Below are positions 1 through 9,339 of a stretch of 64,000 nucleotides of DNA, in pieces. The notes under the pieces were generated by a model. The model saw only the letters and a list, made by a program, of their open reading frames with translations, searched no databases and had not been told where the DNA came from. Origin of the DNA: Candidatus Solibacter sp. (GTDB lineage: Bacteria; Chloroflexota; Dormibacteria; DASZGP01). The stretch lies in assembly GCA_035569605.1 (NCBI GenBank), contig DATMMS010000001.1, positions 91,521 through 155,520 on the forward strand. Direction: 5' to 3'. Position 1 is the first letter of the stretch, and each line of letters starts with the position of its first letter. A program made the translations under genes and the position numbers.

Positions 1-1
1 C

Positions 2-394
2 GAGCGAGAGCTTGTCGAGGCCCGGGGAATGCCGCTCAGCTGGTACGAGGTGCTGCTGCGCGTCTCGGAGGCGCCGGCCGGTGGAGTCCGCATGCAGGAG
101 CTGGCCCGAGGCGTCTTCCTCAGCAAGAGCGGTCTGACCCAGGTGGTGACCCGGATGGAGGCCGCCGGCCTGATCCGGCGGGAAGTCTGCCCCAGTGACC
201 GGCGGGGCGTCAACGCGGTGCTCAGGCCCGAGGGCAAGCGGGCGCTGAAGCGTGCCGCCGCGATCCACTTACGGGGTATCGAGCGTCACTTCGCGGGGCA
301 TCTCGACGACCCCGAGCTGTGCAACATTGCCGCCGTGCTGGGCAAGGTGCTGGACGCCGAAGCCCAACCCGGGGTCCGGCTGGCGGCGCACTGA
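2..394 (+). CDS. MarR family transcriptional regulator (5' end outside window)
   Basis: Reading frame is open to the window edge. It contains a winged-helix MarR-type segment (LSKSGLTQVVTRMEAAGLIRRE...DRRG). The track ORF 29..394 is the in-window part. Confidence 0.8.
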   Translation, partial: ERELVEARGMPLSWYEVLLRVSEAPAGGVRMQELARGVFLSKSGLTQVVTRMEAAGLIRREVCPSDRRGVNAVLRPEGKRALKRAAAIHLRGIERHFAGHLDDPELCNIAAVLGKVLDAEAQPGVRLAAH

Positions 395-440
395 CGACCG
401 CTCGCCGGCCGCCCGCGGGCGACCGGCGCTGCATGCCGCT

Positions 441-1289
441 CTAGTCCTTGGGTGGCGCTGCTCCTCCACCGCCGAAACCGCCGCCTCCACCACCGCCAAA
501 GCCGCCGCCGCCGCCTCCTCCGAAGCCTCCGCCTCCGAAGAAGCCGCGGCCGCCGGTGCTGCATCCCGACGGTCCCGCCGGAACGATCGAGATCGCCCGC
601 GCCGTCACCTTGCCGGAGGAGTCCTTGCTGCCGGCCGCCGTCAGGCACTGGTGCAGGGCCAGGTCCGACGCCGAAGCCGACGCCGACTTGGTGACCCTTA
701 CGGTGGTCGGGACGGTGACCGTCTGCAGCGTTCCCGCGGCATTCTTGACGGTGATCGTGGTGCCCGCGACGGAGGTGACCTCACCGGCCACGAACGAGAA
801 GTTCGCCCGGTTCGCCCGCGGCGATGCTTGCGGCGTCGGTGGAGGCGTGCCCTGAGGACCGGCGCCAGGGCCACCGGGGCCCCCCGCCTGGCACGCCCCG
901 TTGACCTTGTCGCTCAGCCGTACCGTGGCGGCCGTGACGGCGCCAGTCGCGTCTTTCTGTCCGGTTGCGATCATGCAGGTCCCGGCGAGGATGTCCGCGA
1001 AGCTGCCGGTGCTCGTCTTCAAGAACAGGGTTGAGTCGGAGTAGACCACGGTGACGTCGCCGTTGGCGCTGTTGACGACCAGGGTCGTCCCACTGATCTT
1101 GACCAGCTCGCCGGCGGCGCCGTTGCGGGCTCCCTGGCGCGCGTTTGCGGATGGACTGGCGGTGGGCGCGCCCGCCGATGCGCCTATCGAGCAGGCGCCC
1201 AGCAAGACCGATGCTGCCGCCACTAGGCTCAGGTTCAGAAGTCGGTTCATTCGGTTGTGTCTCCTTTGCAGCGTGGATTCCGTGCTCAT
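441..1289 (-). CDS. Secreted lipoprotein (DUF5666-like beta-rich repeats) with a Phe/Gly-rich C-terminal tail
   Basis: Lipobox signal (LVAAASVLLGAC). Two similar halves (GTTLVVNSANGDVTVV / GTTITVKNAAGTLQTVTV). C-terminal tail GGGGFGGGGGGGFGGGGGGGFGGGG. ATGA start/stop overlap with the upstream permease gene. Confidence 0.7.
   Translation of the reverse strand: MSTESTLQRRHNRMNRLLNLSLVAAASVLLGACSIGASAGAPTASPSANARQGARNGAAGELVKISGTTLVVNSANGDVTVVYSDSTLFLKTSTGSFADILAGTCMIATGQKDATGAVTAATVRLSDKVNGACQAGGPGGPGAGPQGTPPPTPQASPRANRANFSFVAGEVTSVAGTTITVKNAAGTLQTVTVPTTVRVTKSASASASDLALHQCLTAAGSKDSSGKVTARAISIVPAGPSGCSTGGRGFFGGGGFGGGGGGGFGGGGGGGFGGGGAAPPKD
444..554 (-). repeat. Coding low-complexity tract: (G)n-F repeats in the lipoprotein tail
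   Basis: Imperfect ~24-nt periodic GGN/TTC codon repeats encoding GGGGFGGGGGGGFGGGGGGGFGGGG. Confidence 0.8.
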
Positions 1290-2503
1290 TCGGCGCGCAG
1301 CGCTTCTATCGGTGCCAGTCGGGCGGCCCGCATCGCCGGGTAGACGCCAAAGACGAGGCCCACCGCGGCGGCCACCGCGACCGCGATCAGCACCGGCTCG
1401 GGCGTGATCGTCACCGCGATCGATGTGAACCTGGGGACCAGCGCCCCCGCCACCAGCGCCAGGGCAACGCCCATCAGGCCGCCCAGGACGCTCAGGATCG
1501 CCGCCTCGAAGAGGAACTGGCGAAGGAGGTCGCCGGGCGTCGCCCCCAGGGCCTTGCGCAGGCCGATCTCGCTGGTCCTCTCGGTGACCGAGACCAGCAT
1601 GATGTTCATCACCCCGATGCCGCCGACCAGCAGCGAGATCGCTGCCACGCTGGCGAGCAGGATCGTCAGGGTGTTGGTCACCGCCGAAGCGGTGCTGAGG
1701 ACGCTGCTCTGGGAGGTGATCGTGAAGTCGGCGTTGGCGGCTGTGTTGATGTGGTGGGTCGCCAGCAGCAGCTGGTCGGCCTCCTGGTAGGCCGACCCGA
1801 CGGTGCCCGAGCTGGTGGCGCTGAGGAGGACGCGTTGCACCGAGTTGGGACTGCCCCCGGTCAGCTCATCCTGGGCGGTGGTGATCGGGACCACCGCCAA
1901 GTCGTCTCCGTTCTGGAATGCCAGTCCGCCGCTCTGGGTGAGGATGCCGATGACCTGGAAGGCGGCGGGGCCGATGGTGACCGAGTCGCCAATGGAAACC
2001 CCGAGGTTGGTGGCGGTGGTGGTGCCGAGCACCACCGACTGCTTGTGCGAGGCGACGTCGGCGTTGGTGAAGAAGGAGCCCTGGCTCACGGTCCTGGCGT
2101 TGGTGATCAGCCAGTCGGGGGTGCTGCCCTGGACGCTGGTGCTCCAGTTGCTGGAGATGCTGACCAGTGACTTGCGGGTCTGCACTACCGGAGCCACGGC
2201 CTGGATGTCGGGTGCGTTGTCCTTGCTGCGCAGGCCTCGGACATCGTCCATGGTCAGGGTGTTGGCGCTGCCGCCGCCGCCGAAGACGCCGCCGGCGAAC
2301 GTGCTGCCGGGGCTGATCGTCAGCAGGTTGGTGCCCAGCGACGCGATCCGGCTGGTCACCGAGTCGGCCGAGGCCTTGCCGATCCCAACCGTCGAGATCA
2401 CCGCCGCGACCCCGAAGAGGATCCCGAGCGTGGTCAGGATGGAGCGGAGGCGGTGCCCGGTAAGGCCCCGGAGACCGGTCTGAAAGGTGCGCAGCAGGCT
2501 CAC
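1286..2503 (-). CDS. ABC transporter permease, FtsX/MacB type
   Basis: 405 aa. One N-terminal TM helix, a large extracytoplasmic domain, then three C-terminal TM helices, with the typical EIGLRKALGA motif. Overlaps the ATPase stop by 4 nt. Confidence 0.9.
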   Translation of the reverse strand: MSLLRTFQTGLRGLTGHRLRSILTTLGILFGVAAVISTVGIGKASADSVTSRIASLGTNLLTISPGSTFAGGVFGGGGSANTLTMDDVRGLRSKDNAPDIQAVAPVVQTRKSLVSISSNWSTSVQGSTPDWLITNARTVSQGSFFTNADVASHKQSVVLGTTTATNLGVSIGDSVTIGPAAFQVIGILTQSGGLAFQNGDDLAVVPITTAQDELTGGSPNSVQRVLLSATSSGTVGSAYQEADQLLLATHHINTAANADFTITSQSSVLSTASAVTNTLTILLASVAAISLLVGGIGVMNIMLVSVTERTSEIGLRKALGATPGDLLRQFLFEAAILSVLGGLMGVALALVAGALVPRFTSIAVTITPEPVLIAVAVAAAVGLVFGVYPAMRAARLAPIEALRAE

Positions 2504-3180
2504 GCCGCGACCCCCTCCGACAGCCGGCCGTCGCTCATGGTGAAGACCCGGCGGGGGATGGCGGCGACGTTGGGATCGTGGGTGATAAGGACAACCGTCC
2601 GCCCGCCCTCGTTGAGGCCCCGGAGGATCGCCAGGACCTCCCGGCTGGAGTTGGAGTCGAGGTTGCCGGTCGGCTCGTCGGCGAGGATCAGGTCGGGGTT
2701 GGTCACCAGCGCCCGGGCGATGGCGACCCGCTGCTGCTGCCCGCCGCTTAGCTCCGTCGGCCTGTGGTTGACCCTATCGGCGAGCCCCACCTGACCCAGC
2801 GCGTCCAGCGCCGCCTGCCTGCGCTGCTCCGCCGATCGGTAGAGCAGGGGAAGCTCGACGTTGCGCCAGGCGGAGAGGCTGGGCAGCAGGTGGAACTGCT
2901 GGAAGACGAAGCCGATGCGGCGGTTCCGCACCCGGGCGAGCTGGCTTTCGGACATCCGGCTGACGTCCTCGCCGGCGAACCAGTACTCGCCGCTGCTGGG
3001 GATGTCGAGGCATCCGAGGATGTGCATCAGCGTCGATTTGCCGGAACCCGACGGCCCCACCACCGCCGCGAACTCGCCGTCCGCGACGCTCAGCGAGACG
3101 TCGCTGAGCGCGTGCACGGCGGCGTCGCCGCGGCCGTAGACCTTGGCCACCGACCGGATCTCGATCAGGTTGCCGGGCAA
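2500..3180 (-). CDS. ABC transporter ATP-binding protein (MacB/LolD-like)
   Basis: Walker A GPSGSGKST, signature LSGGQQQRVAIARAL, Walker B LILADEPTGNLD. Confidence 0.95.
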   Translation of the reverse strand: MPGNLIEIRSVAKVYGRGDAAVHALSDVSLSVADGEFAAVVGPSGSGKSTLMHILGCLDIPSSGEYWFAGEDVSRMSESQLARVRNRRIGFVFQQFHLLPSLSAWRNVELPLLYRSAEQRRQAALDALGQVGLADRVNHRPTELSGGQQQRVAIARALVTNPDLILADEPTGNLDSNSSREVLAILRGLNEGGRTVVLITHDPNVAAIPRRVFTMSDGRLSEGVAA

Positions 3181-4686
3181 CTAGCCGCCCACCGGGCCGC
3201 CGCCGCCGCGTCCGCCACCGCCGCCCCCGAAGTTGCCGCGACCGCCGCCGCCGCCGAAGATGCCGTTGCCGGAGTTGGTCGAGGGCACCGCACTGCTGAC
3301 GGTTGCGGTGATGACCTCGTCGCCTTCGTTGAGGCCGGACATGATCTGGGTCCGGAGTGCGTCAGACGCGCCCACGGTGACGACCCGAGTCTGCGGCTTG
3401 CCATTGACCAGCACCTGCACCGCGGTCCCGCCGCGAAGCGCGCTGGTGGGGATGGTCAGCACCTCGCTGGCCTGGTTGACGATGATCGCCACCGAGGCTG
3501 AGGTGCCGGCGTGGAGCGAGGGGTTGCTGCCGTCGATGGTGACGGTTACCCCGAAGGTCGCCACCCCGGAGGTCACCGTCGCCACCGCGGCGACTCCGGT
3601 GACCTTGCCGGTGAGGGCCTCGGTGGCGCCGGCCGGCGTGATCCTGGCCGCCTGGCCCACGGCGATCTGCCCCACCTGGGCGTCGCTGACCGAGCCGATC
3701 ACGGTGTAGGCGCCGGGGGTCAGGATCGAGATCGCGTGGGTGGTGGAGGAGGCAGCGGCGTTGCTACCGCTGGCAGTCGCCTGTCCGACCACGATGTTGA
3801 CGGCGCTGACGACCCCGTCGCTGGGAGCGGTGAGGGTGGCGTTGTCGAGGGCTCGCTGGGCATTGTCGACGTTGACCTGGCCCACCGAGACCTGGCTCTG
3901 GTCGATCTGTACCTGCTGGGTGGTCGGTCCCTGCTGCGCCACCACCAGGGCCGCCTGGGCGTTCTGCAGCGAGACCTTGTCGCGATTGACCTGCGACTGC
4001 GCCTGGTCGTTGCTCTGCTGCTGCTTGACCAGCGCCGACTGGTAGTTGTTCTGAGCCGTTGTCAGCGCCGACTGGTCCTGGGCACAGCTGGAAGCCGGGC
4101 TGCCCCCGCCGCAGCCATCGGCGTTGTATTTGCTCTGAGCGTCGGTCTGGGCGCTCTGGGCCTGCTGCACCATTTGCGCGTTCACGGCGATGGTGTCCTG
4201 CTGGCTGGTGGTGTCGCTCTGCAGCTGGACCTGCGCGGTGTTGACCGCCGACTGCGCCTGGTTCAGGCTCTGGGCCGTCGGCCCGGCCTGGTCGAGAGAG
4301 AGCTTGGCCTGGGCCGAGGTCAGCGCTGCCTGCGCCTGGACCAGGGACCCCTGCAGGCTGACCGGGTCAAGGGTGGCCAGGACGTCGCCCGCCTTGACCG
4401 CCTGCCCGGCCTGGACGTTGACAGTCTTGACCTTTCCCGACCCGGCGAAGTCGAGGTCGGTCTGGTTCACGGGCGTGAGGTTGCCGGAGATCGGGATGGT
4501 CTGGGTCACCGTTCCCAGCACGGCTGCGGCAGTGCGGTATTGGACGGCGTTGCCGTTGCGGTTCACGTAGAGGTAGGCCGCGGCGGTGACGATGGCGACA
4601 ATCGCCACCGCGACCACGGCGAAGCGGGGACGCATGAACCGGCTCACAGGCAACTCCTCCACGTAACTTGCATAGACAGCGAGCAT
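3181..4686 (-). CDS. HlyD/MacA-type periplasmic adaptor (membrane fusion) protein with a Gly-rich C-terminal tail
   Basis: N-terminal TM anchor, Q/A-rich coiled-coil hairpin, lipoyl-like and beta-barrel segments. C-terminus reads GNGIFGGGGGRGNFGGGGGGRGGGGPVGG. Directly abuts the ATPase gene. Confidence 0.85.
   Translation of the reverse strand: MLAVYASYVEELPVSRFMRPRFAVVAVAIVAIVTAAAYLYVNRNGNAVQYRTAAAVLGTVTQTIPISGNLTPVNQTDLDFAGSGKVKTVNVQAGQAVKAGDVLATLDPVSLQGSLVQAQAALTSAQAKLSLDQAGPTAQSLNQAQSAVNTAQVQLQSDTTSQQDTIAVNAQMVQQAQSAQTDAQSKYNADGCGGGSPASSCAQDQSALTTAQNNYQSALVKQQQSNDQAQSQVNRDKVSLQNAQAALVVAQQGPTTQQVQIDQSQVSVGQVNVDNAQRALDNATLTAPSDGVVSAVNIVVGQATASGSNAAASSTTHAISILTPGAYTVIGSVSDAQVGQIAVGQAARITPAGATEALTGKVTGVAAVATVTSGVATFGVTVTIDGSNPSLHAGTSASVAIIVNQASEVLTIPTSALRGGTAVQVLVNGKPQTRVVTVGASDALRTQIMSGLNEGDEVITATVSSAVPSTNSGNGIFGGGGGRGNFGGGGGGRGGGGPVGG
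3184..3276 (-). repeat. Coding low-complexity tract: Gly-rich tail of the adaptor protein
   Basis: Encodes NSGNGIFGGGGGRGNFGGGGGGRGGGGPVGG. Confidence 0.8.
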
Positions 4687-4730
4687 CCGACCTGGTTGTG
4701 AACTGGACCTGAAGTCAAGCTAAGAACTCG

Positions 4731-6161
4731 CTAAGCATTAGTGAGTGGAAGGCGCACCCGAAAGCTGGCTCCACCGGACTCCGATTCGCCGACCTGGATC
4801 TCGCCGCGGTGCTCCTTGGCGATCCAGGCAGCGATCGCCAGCCCCAGGCCGGTGCCTTCGCCCGAGCGGGACGGGTCGGCCTGGTGAAAGCGCTCGAAGA
4901 CCCGCTGGCGCTCGGTCGGCGGGATCCCGGCGCCTTCGTCGTCGACGCTGATCCGCACGTCGCTGCCGGCGCGCTCCACCGCTACCGTGATGCCGCTACC
5001 CCCGGGGGTGTGCTTGACGGCGTTGTCGACCAGGATCCAGAGCAGCTGCCTGAGCGAGTCCACGTTGCCCACCACGGGGGCCGCCTTGCCATCCTTGAGG
5101 TCGAGTCGTCGCTCGGGGTGGAGGCGGCGGGCCTGGCGGCAGACGTCGGCGGCCACGCCGGCGACGTCCACCGGTGCCATCTCGAGGTGCTGGCCGGCGT
5201 CGGCCCGGGCCAGCGTCAGCAGCTCCTGGATCAGGCGCGTCATGCGCTCGCTCTCCTCGTCGATGTCCCGGAGAGCGTCTGTGCGGTCGGTGTCGGCGAT
5301 CTGCTTGCCGCCCAGGAGCAGCCCCACGTTGCCGCGGATCGTGGTCAGCGGTGTGCGCAGCTCGTGGGAGGCGTCGGCGACGAAACGCTGCTGCGTGGCC
5401 AGCGTCGCCTCCAGCCTCTGGTAGGCGTCCTGGAGCTCCGCCAGCATGGAGTTGAAGCTGTCAGACAAGCGACTGACCTCGTCGCCGGTGTCGAGGGCCG
5501 GCAGCCGGCGGCTGAGGTCGCGGGTCCGGCCGATCTCCTCGGCGGTGTCGGCCATGGCGTCCACCGGCCGCAGCGCCCGGCCGGCCACCAGCCAGCTGGC
5601 TGCCAGGGCACCGACCAGGCTGCAGAGCGCAGCCAGGGCCAGGTAGGTGCGCAGCGTGTTGAGGCTGTCGACGACCGGTCCCATCGGTTGTCCCGCGACG
5701 ACGTATGCGGCCGACGCCGTGAGCTGCGTGGTGCTGGGCCCGGTCAGGCGGCGAATCGACTCGCGCAGGAAGACACCCTTGCTGGCCTCCACGGTGGCCA
5801 GCACCGAACCGTTGAGGTCCGCCTGGCGGAGCAGGTCGGCGGACACCGGCGGGGGCTGTCCGTCGATGGCGCCGGTGCTGAAGAGGGTCGAGCCGTCGCT
5901 GCCCACCAGCTCGACGAAACTGTCGCCACTGGTGCGAAGGTCGACGATCACGGGCTGGCGGAACCCGCCCCCGCCGCCGAAGATGCCGCCGCCGTCATTG
6001 CGAGGGCCGCTCCCGAACTGGTTGCTCCTGCGAGTCAGGCTGGCGTCCTGCTGCTGCAGCACGCTGTGGTTCACCAGGGCGTAGACCAGGACACTGAAGA
6101 TGACGACGGTCAGGAACACGACCCCCGCCCCGAACAAAGCGATGCGGGCCCGGATCGGCAT
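4731..6161 (-). CDS. Sensor histidine kinase (two TM helices, HAMP, HisKA, HATPase_c)
   Basis: H-box ADASHELRTPLT and G-boxes (DDEGAGIP, GTGLGLAI). The extracytoplasmic loop contains NDGGGIFGGGGGF. Confidence 0.9.
   Translation of the reverse strand: MPIRARIALFGAGVVFLTVVIFSVLVYALVNHSVLQQQDASLTRRSNQFGSGPRNDGGGIFGGGGGFRQPVIVDLRTSGDSFVELVGSDGSTLFSTGAIDGQPPPVSADLLRQADLNGSVLATVEASKGVFLRESIRRLTGPSTTQLTASAAYVVAGQPMGPVVDSLNTLRTYLALAALCSLVGALAASWLVAGRALRPVDAMADTAEEIGRTRDLSRRLPALDTGDEVSRLSDSFNSMLAELQDAYQRLEATLATQQRFVADASHELRTPLTTIRGNVGLLLGGKQIADTDRTDALRDIDEESERMTRLIQELLTLARADAGQHLEMAPVDVAGVAADVCRQARRLHPERRLDLKDGKAAPVVGNVDSLRQLLWILVDNAVKHTPGGSGITVAVERAGSDVRISVDDEGAGIPPTERQRVFERFHQADPSRSGEGTGLGLAIAAWIAKEHRGEIQVGESESGGASFRVRLPLTNA
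5961..5999 (-). repeat. Coding tract for NDGGGIFGGGGGF in the kinase sensor loop
   Basis: Residues 55-67 of the kinase, between TM1 and TM2. Confidence 0.8.
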
Positions 6162-6163
6162 GG

Positions 6164-6859
6164 TCAGTCCTCGCGGAGGGCGTAACCGACCCCGCGCATG
6201 GTCTGGATCAGCCGGCTGCCGCCACCGTCCTCCAGCTTCTGTCGCAGGTAGCCCACGTAGACGTCTACGGAGTTGCTGGTGGCGCCAAAGTCGTAGCCCC
6301 AGACCGCGTCGAGGATGCGGTCCCGGGTCAACACCTGGCGGGGGTTGCGGAGGAAATGCTGGAGCAGATCGAACTCCTTCGGCGTAAGGCTGAGAGGGCG
6401 CTCCCCCCGCCGGACGTCTCGGGTGCCGAGGTCCATGCTCAGGTCGGCGTAGCGCAGCACCTTGCGGGTCCGGGGCGCCTGCCGTCGCAGCAGCGCCCTG
6501 ATCCGGGCCATCAGCTCCTCGTAGGCGAAGGGCTTGACCAGGTAGTCGTCGGCGCCGCTGTCCAATCCGAGGACGCGGTCGGCGGTGGCGTCCTTGGCGG
6601 TGAGCATCAGGATGGGCACATCGCCGGCGGCGCGAAGCCGCTCGCAGACCTCGACTCCGCTCATCCCGGGGAGCATCACGTCGAGCACGACCAGATCAGG
6701 CATGCGCTCTCGCGCCCGGTTGAGGGCCATCGCGCCGTCGGGCGCGACGTCCACGGCGTAGCCCTCGTAGATCAGGGCGCGCCTTAATGCAGCGGCGATG
6801 TGGCTGTCGTCGTCGACAACCAGGACGTGAGGCTGATCGGACATGAGGCCCTTATCCAA
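6164..6859 (-). CDS. OmpR/PhoB-family response regulator
   Basis: Receiver domain (VLVVDDD...[11 protein letters not shown]...LTAKD) plus a winged-helix output ([12 protein letters not shown]...GVGY). Confidence 0.95.
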   Translation of the reverse strand: MDKGLMSDQPHVLVVDDDSHIAAALRRALIYEGYAVDVAPDGAMALNRARERMPDLVVLDVMLPGMSGVEVCERLRAAGDVPILMLTAKDATADRVLGLDSGADDYLVKPFAYEELMARIRALLRRQAPRTRKVLRYADLSMDLGTRDVRRGERPLSLTPKEFDLLQHFLRNPRQVLTRDRILDAVWGYDFGATSNSVDVYVGYLRQKLEDGGGSRLIQTMRGVGYALRED

Positions 6860-6952
6860 CCACGGTCAGATGAGAGCCGTCTAAGAATCTCAACAGCGGC
6901 CCTGAGCCGCTAGTGTTGGTCTGCGCAACGGCCGGATTTTGGGAGAGATCAA

Positions 6953-7318
6953 TTGCCAACCACGGATGCACAAGGCCGCACCATCAGCGACGACGGGAAT
7001 TGGTGGTGGGACGGCACCGCATGGCAGCCGATAAAAAAGAGCTTCCTCGACACCGTCGGCGACGCCGTTGACAGCGCCGTAAAGAAAGTCGAGGGCAGTG
7101 GAGTCGTCGGCGCGGCACCGTCGCCGGTGACATACACGCCGGCCGCTGCCGCGACGCCCGCGGAAGCCGCCCCGGCAGCTGCCACACAGCCGGTGTCTCC
7201 GCTGCCGGCGATCCCGCCCGCCGACCTGTTGGCCTACCTTGGTGCGCTCAGGAGCGCGGGCGTGGTGACCGACGCTGAGTTCGAAAGCATCCGCCGGAGG
7301 ATCCCGGGGCAGGCCTGA
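6953..7318 (+). CDS. Small SHOCT-domain protein
   Basis: C-terminal LRSAGVVTDAEFESIRRRI resembles the SHOCT motif. N-terminal DGNWWWDGTAWQP Trp-rich motif, with an Ala/Pro linker between. Confidence 0.55.
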   Translation: MPTTDAQGRTISDDGNWWWDGTAWQPIKKSFLDTVGDAVDSAVKKVEGSGVVGAAPSPVTYTPAAAATPAEAAPAAATQPVSPLPAIPPADLLAYLGALRSAGVVTDAEFESIRRRIPGQA

Positions 7319-7361
7319 CCGGGCGCCGTTCGGGGGCACCCAGACGGTAATCTTGCGATCC

Positions 7362-8624
7362 ATGCCGAATTCAGTACGGCCGCTTCGGGTCGCCATGCTC
7401 TCCTACCGGGGCAACCCGCACTCGGGGGGCCAGGGTGTCTATGTCCGCCACTTGAGTGGCGCCCTCAGCAGGCTCGGGCACAAGGTCACGGTCTTCTCGG
7501 GCCAGCCCTATCCGCAGCTCGAAGCGGGGGTGGAGCTGGTGCGCGTGCCCAGCCTCGACCTCTTCAGGGACGAAGACCCGTTCCGCATCCCCCGGCTTTG
7601 GGAGTTCAGGAACTGGATCGACGGCCTCGAGTTCGGCATCATGTGCACCGCCGGCTTTCCCGAGCCGCTGACCTTCAGCCTCAGGGTCGCCCGGCTGCTG
7701 GCGGCACGGAAAGGCGACTTCGACGTGGTCCACGACAACCAGTGCCTGGGCTACGGCGTGCTGGCGCTGCTTGGCATGGGGCTCCCGGTGGTGGGCAGCA
7801 TCCACCACCCGATCGAGGTCGACCGCCAGCTGGAGCTGGCCGAGGCGCGAGGAATCAAGCGAAAGGTGTCGATGCACCGCTGGTACGGCTTCCATCACAT
7901 GCAGCGGCGCGTCGCCCAGCGGTTGCCCCTGGTGGTGGCAGTATCCGAAACCGCGCGCGAGGACATCATCCGCCACGTGCGACTGCGGCCCGAGCGTGTC
8001 CGGGTGGTCCACATCGGGGTCGACTCGGAGCTCTACCAGCCGACCCCTTCGGTGCCCAAGGTGCCGGGCTCGATCTTGGCCATGGCCAGCGCCGACGTCC
8101 CTCTCAAGGGACTCACCCCTCTGCTCGAGGCGATGGCGATGCTGCGCACCAGTCGCGACGCGCAAATGGTGGTGGTCGCCAAGCACCGCCAGGGGAGCCA
8201 GGTGCCGGCAACTCTCAAACGGCTCGGGCTCAACGGCTCTGTCCGATTCGTCAGTGGCGTCGATGAGCCCGCCCTGCTGAAGTTGTACGCCGAGGCCGAG
8301 GTGGCGGTGGTGCCGTCCCTGTATGAAGGCTTTTCGCTGCCCGCGGTCCAGGCGATGGCCTGCGGGGTTCCCCTGGTGGCGACCACCGCGGGCGCTCTCC
8401 CCGAGGTCGTCGGCCGGGACGGCGAGACGGGCTTGATGGTTCGCCCCGGCGACCCGCGACAGCTGGCCGCGGCGCTCGACCGGGCCCTCGGGGACCCGGC
8501 GCTGAGGGCCCGGCTGTCGGTCGCCGGGCGGGCGCGCGTGGTCGAGAGGTTCACCTGGCTGCGCACCGCCGAGGCGCTGGCCGCTGAGTACCGAAGACTG
8601 ATGGCGGCCGATGCTGACCGTTGA
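7362..8624 (+). CDS. Glycosyltransferase family 4 (GT-B fold)
   Basis: N-terminal HSGGQGVYV motif and C-terminal EGFSLPAVQAMACGVPLVAT (E-x7-E region). ATG at 7362 preferred over TTG at 7353. Confidence 0.85.
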   Translation: MPNSVRPLRVAMLSYRGNPHSGGQGVYVRHLSGALSRLGHKVTVFSGQPYPQLEAGVELVRVPSLDLFRDEDPFRIPRLWEFRNWIDGLEFGIMCTAGFPEPLTFSLRVARLLAARKGDFDVVHDNQCLGYGVLALLGMGLPVVGSIHHPIEVDRQLELAEARGIKRKVSMHRWYGFHHMQRRVAQRLPLVVAVSETAREDIIRHVRLRPERVRVVHIGVDSELYQPTPSVPKVPGSILAMASADVPLKGLTPLLEAMAMLRTSRDAQMVVVAKHRQGSQVPATLKRLGLNGSVRFVSGVDEPALLKLYAEAEVAVVPSLYEGFSLPAVQAMACGVPLVATTAGALPEVVGRDGETGLMVRPGDPRQLAAALDRALGDPALRARLSVAGRARVVERFTWLRTAEALAAEYRRLMAADADR

Positions 8625-9339
8625 TTTCGACCGGCTGCGGGTGACGCCGGGAACCCGGGTTCTCGACCTTGGCTGCGGCAAAGGCCGCCACGCCTTCGAG
8701 GCGCTTCGGCGGGGCGCCGTCGTCACCGCAGCCGACCTCGACGATGAGGCCCTGGCCGAGGTCGACGCCATGGCGCGGGCGATGGACGATGCCGGCGAGG
8801 TGGCGGCCGGGGGACGCCTGGAGGTGCGCCACGCGGACGCGCTGGCCCTTCCCTTCGATGATGGGGCCTTCGACGTTGTCATCGTCAGCGAGGTCCTCGA
8901 GCACATCCCCGATGACCGCGCCGCGATCGCTGAGATCCAGCGGGTCGTCCGCCCCGGCGGCCTGGCGGCGATCACGGTGCCCCGCCGCGGCCCCGAGCGC
9001 ATCTGCTGGGCCCTCTCCGAGGAGTACCACAACAACCCTGGAGGCCACGTCCGGATCTACCGTGCCGACGAGCTCCTCGGCCGCCTCTGCAACGCCGGCC
9101 TGGTGCCTCGCGGCCGTTCCCATGCCCACGCCCTGCACTCTCCCTACTGGTGGTTGAAGTGCGTAGTCGGGGTGAGGCGCGACGATGCCGTGCTGCCCGG
9201 CCTCTACCATCGCTTCCTGGCCTGGGAGATGATGGCGCGCCCGGCCTGGTCGCGACAGCTGGAGCGCGGTCTCAACCCCCTGCTGGGCAAGAGCCTGGTC
9301 TTGTACATGGCCAAACCGTCTGGCGATGCAACGGCCTGA
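8611..9339 (+). CDS. Class I SAM-dependent methyltransferase
   Basis: Motif I VLDLGCGKGRH and post-I/II segments (DVVIVSEVLEHI, RPGG). 14-nt overlap with the preceding gene. Confidence 0.85.
   Translation: MLTVDFDRLRVTPGTRVLDLGCGKGRHAFEALRRGAVVTAADLDDEALAEVDAMARAMDDAGEVAAGGRLEVRHADALALPFDDGAFDVVIVSEVLEHIPDDRAAIAEIQRVVRPGGLAAITVPRRGPERICWALSEEYHNNPGGHVRIYRADELLGRLCNAGLVPRGRSHAHALHSPYWWLKCVVGVRRDDAVLPGLYHRFLAWEMMARPAWSRQLERGLNPLLGKSLVLYMAKPSGDATA

Noticed and set aside
444-554. Periodic short nucleotide repeats (Gly, Pro and AKP tracts at 444-554, 3184-3276, 14243-14765 and 47339-47713) as possible CRISPR or tandem-repeat loci.
   Set aside because: They lie inside ORFs with an intact frame and encode low-complexity peptide repeats. 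They have no repeat-spacer architecture.
252-1034. Long ORFs in the track that overlap the genes called above on the opposite strand or in another frame. Examples: 252..1034, 1145..2170, 3511..4701, 4809..6185, 7371..9035, 18074..19660, 24280..25443, 41544..43529, 47674..48939, 54490..56655 and 61227..62747.
   Set aside because: Their translations are Arg/Pro/Gly/Ala-rich with no motifs. They shadow ORFs that have clear family signatures and GC3 bias. This is the usual artefact of stop-codon-poor high-GC DNA.
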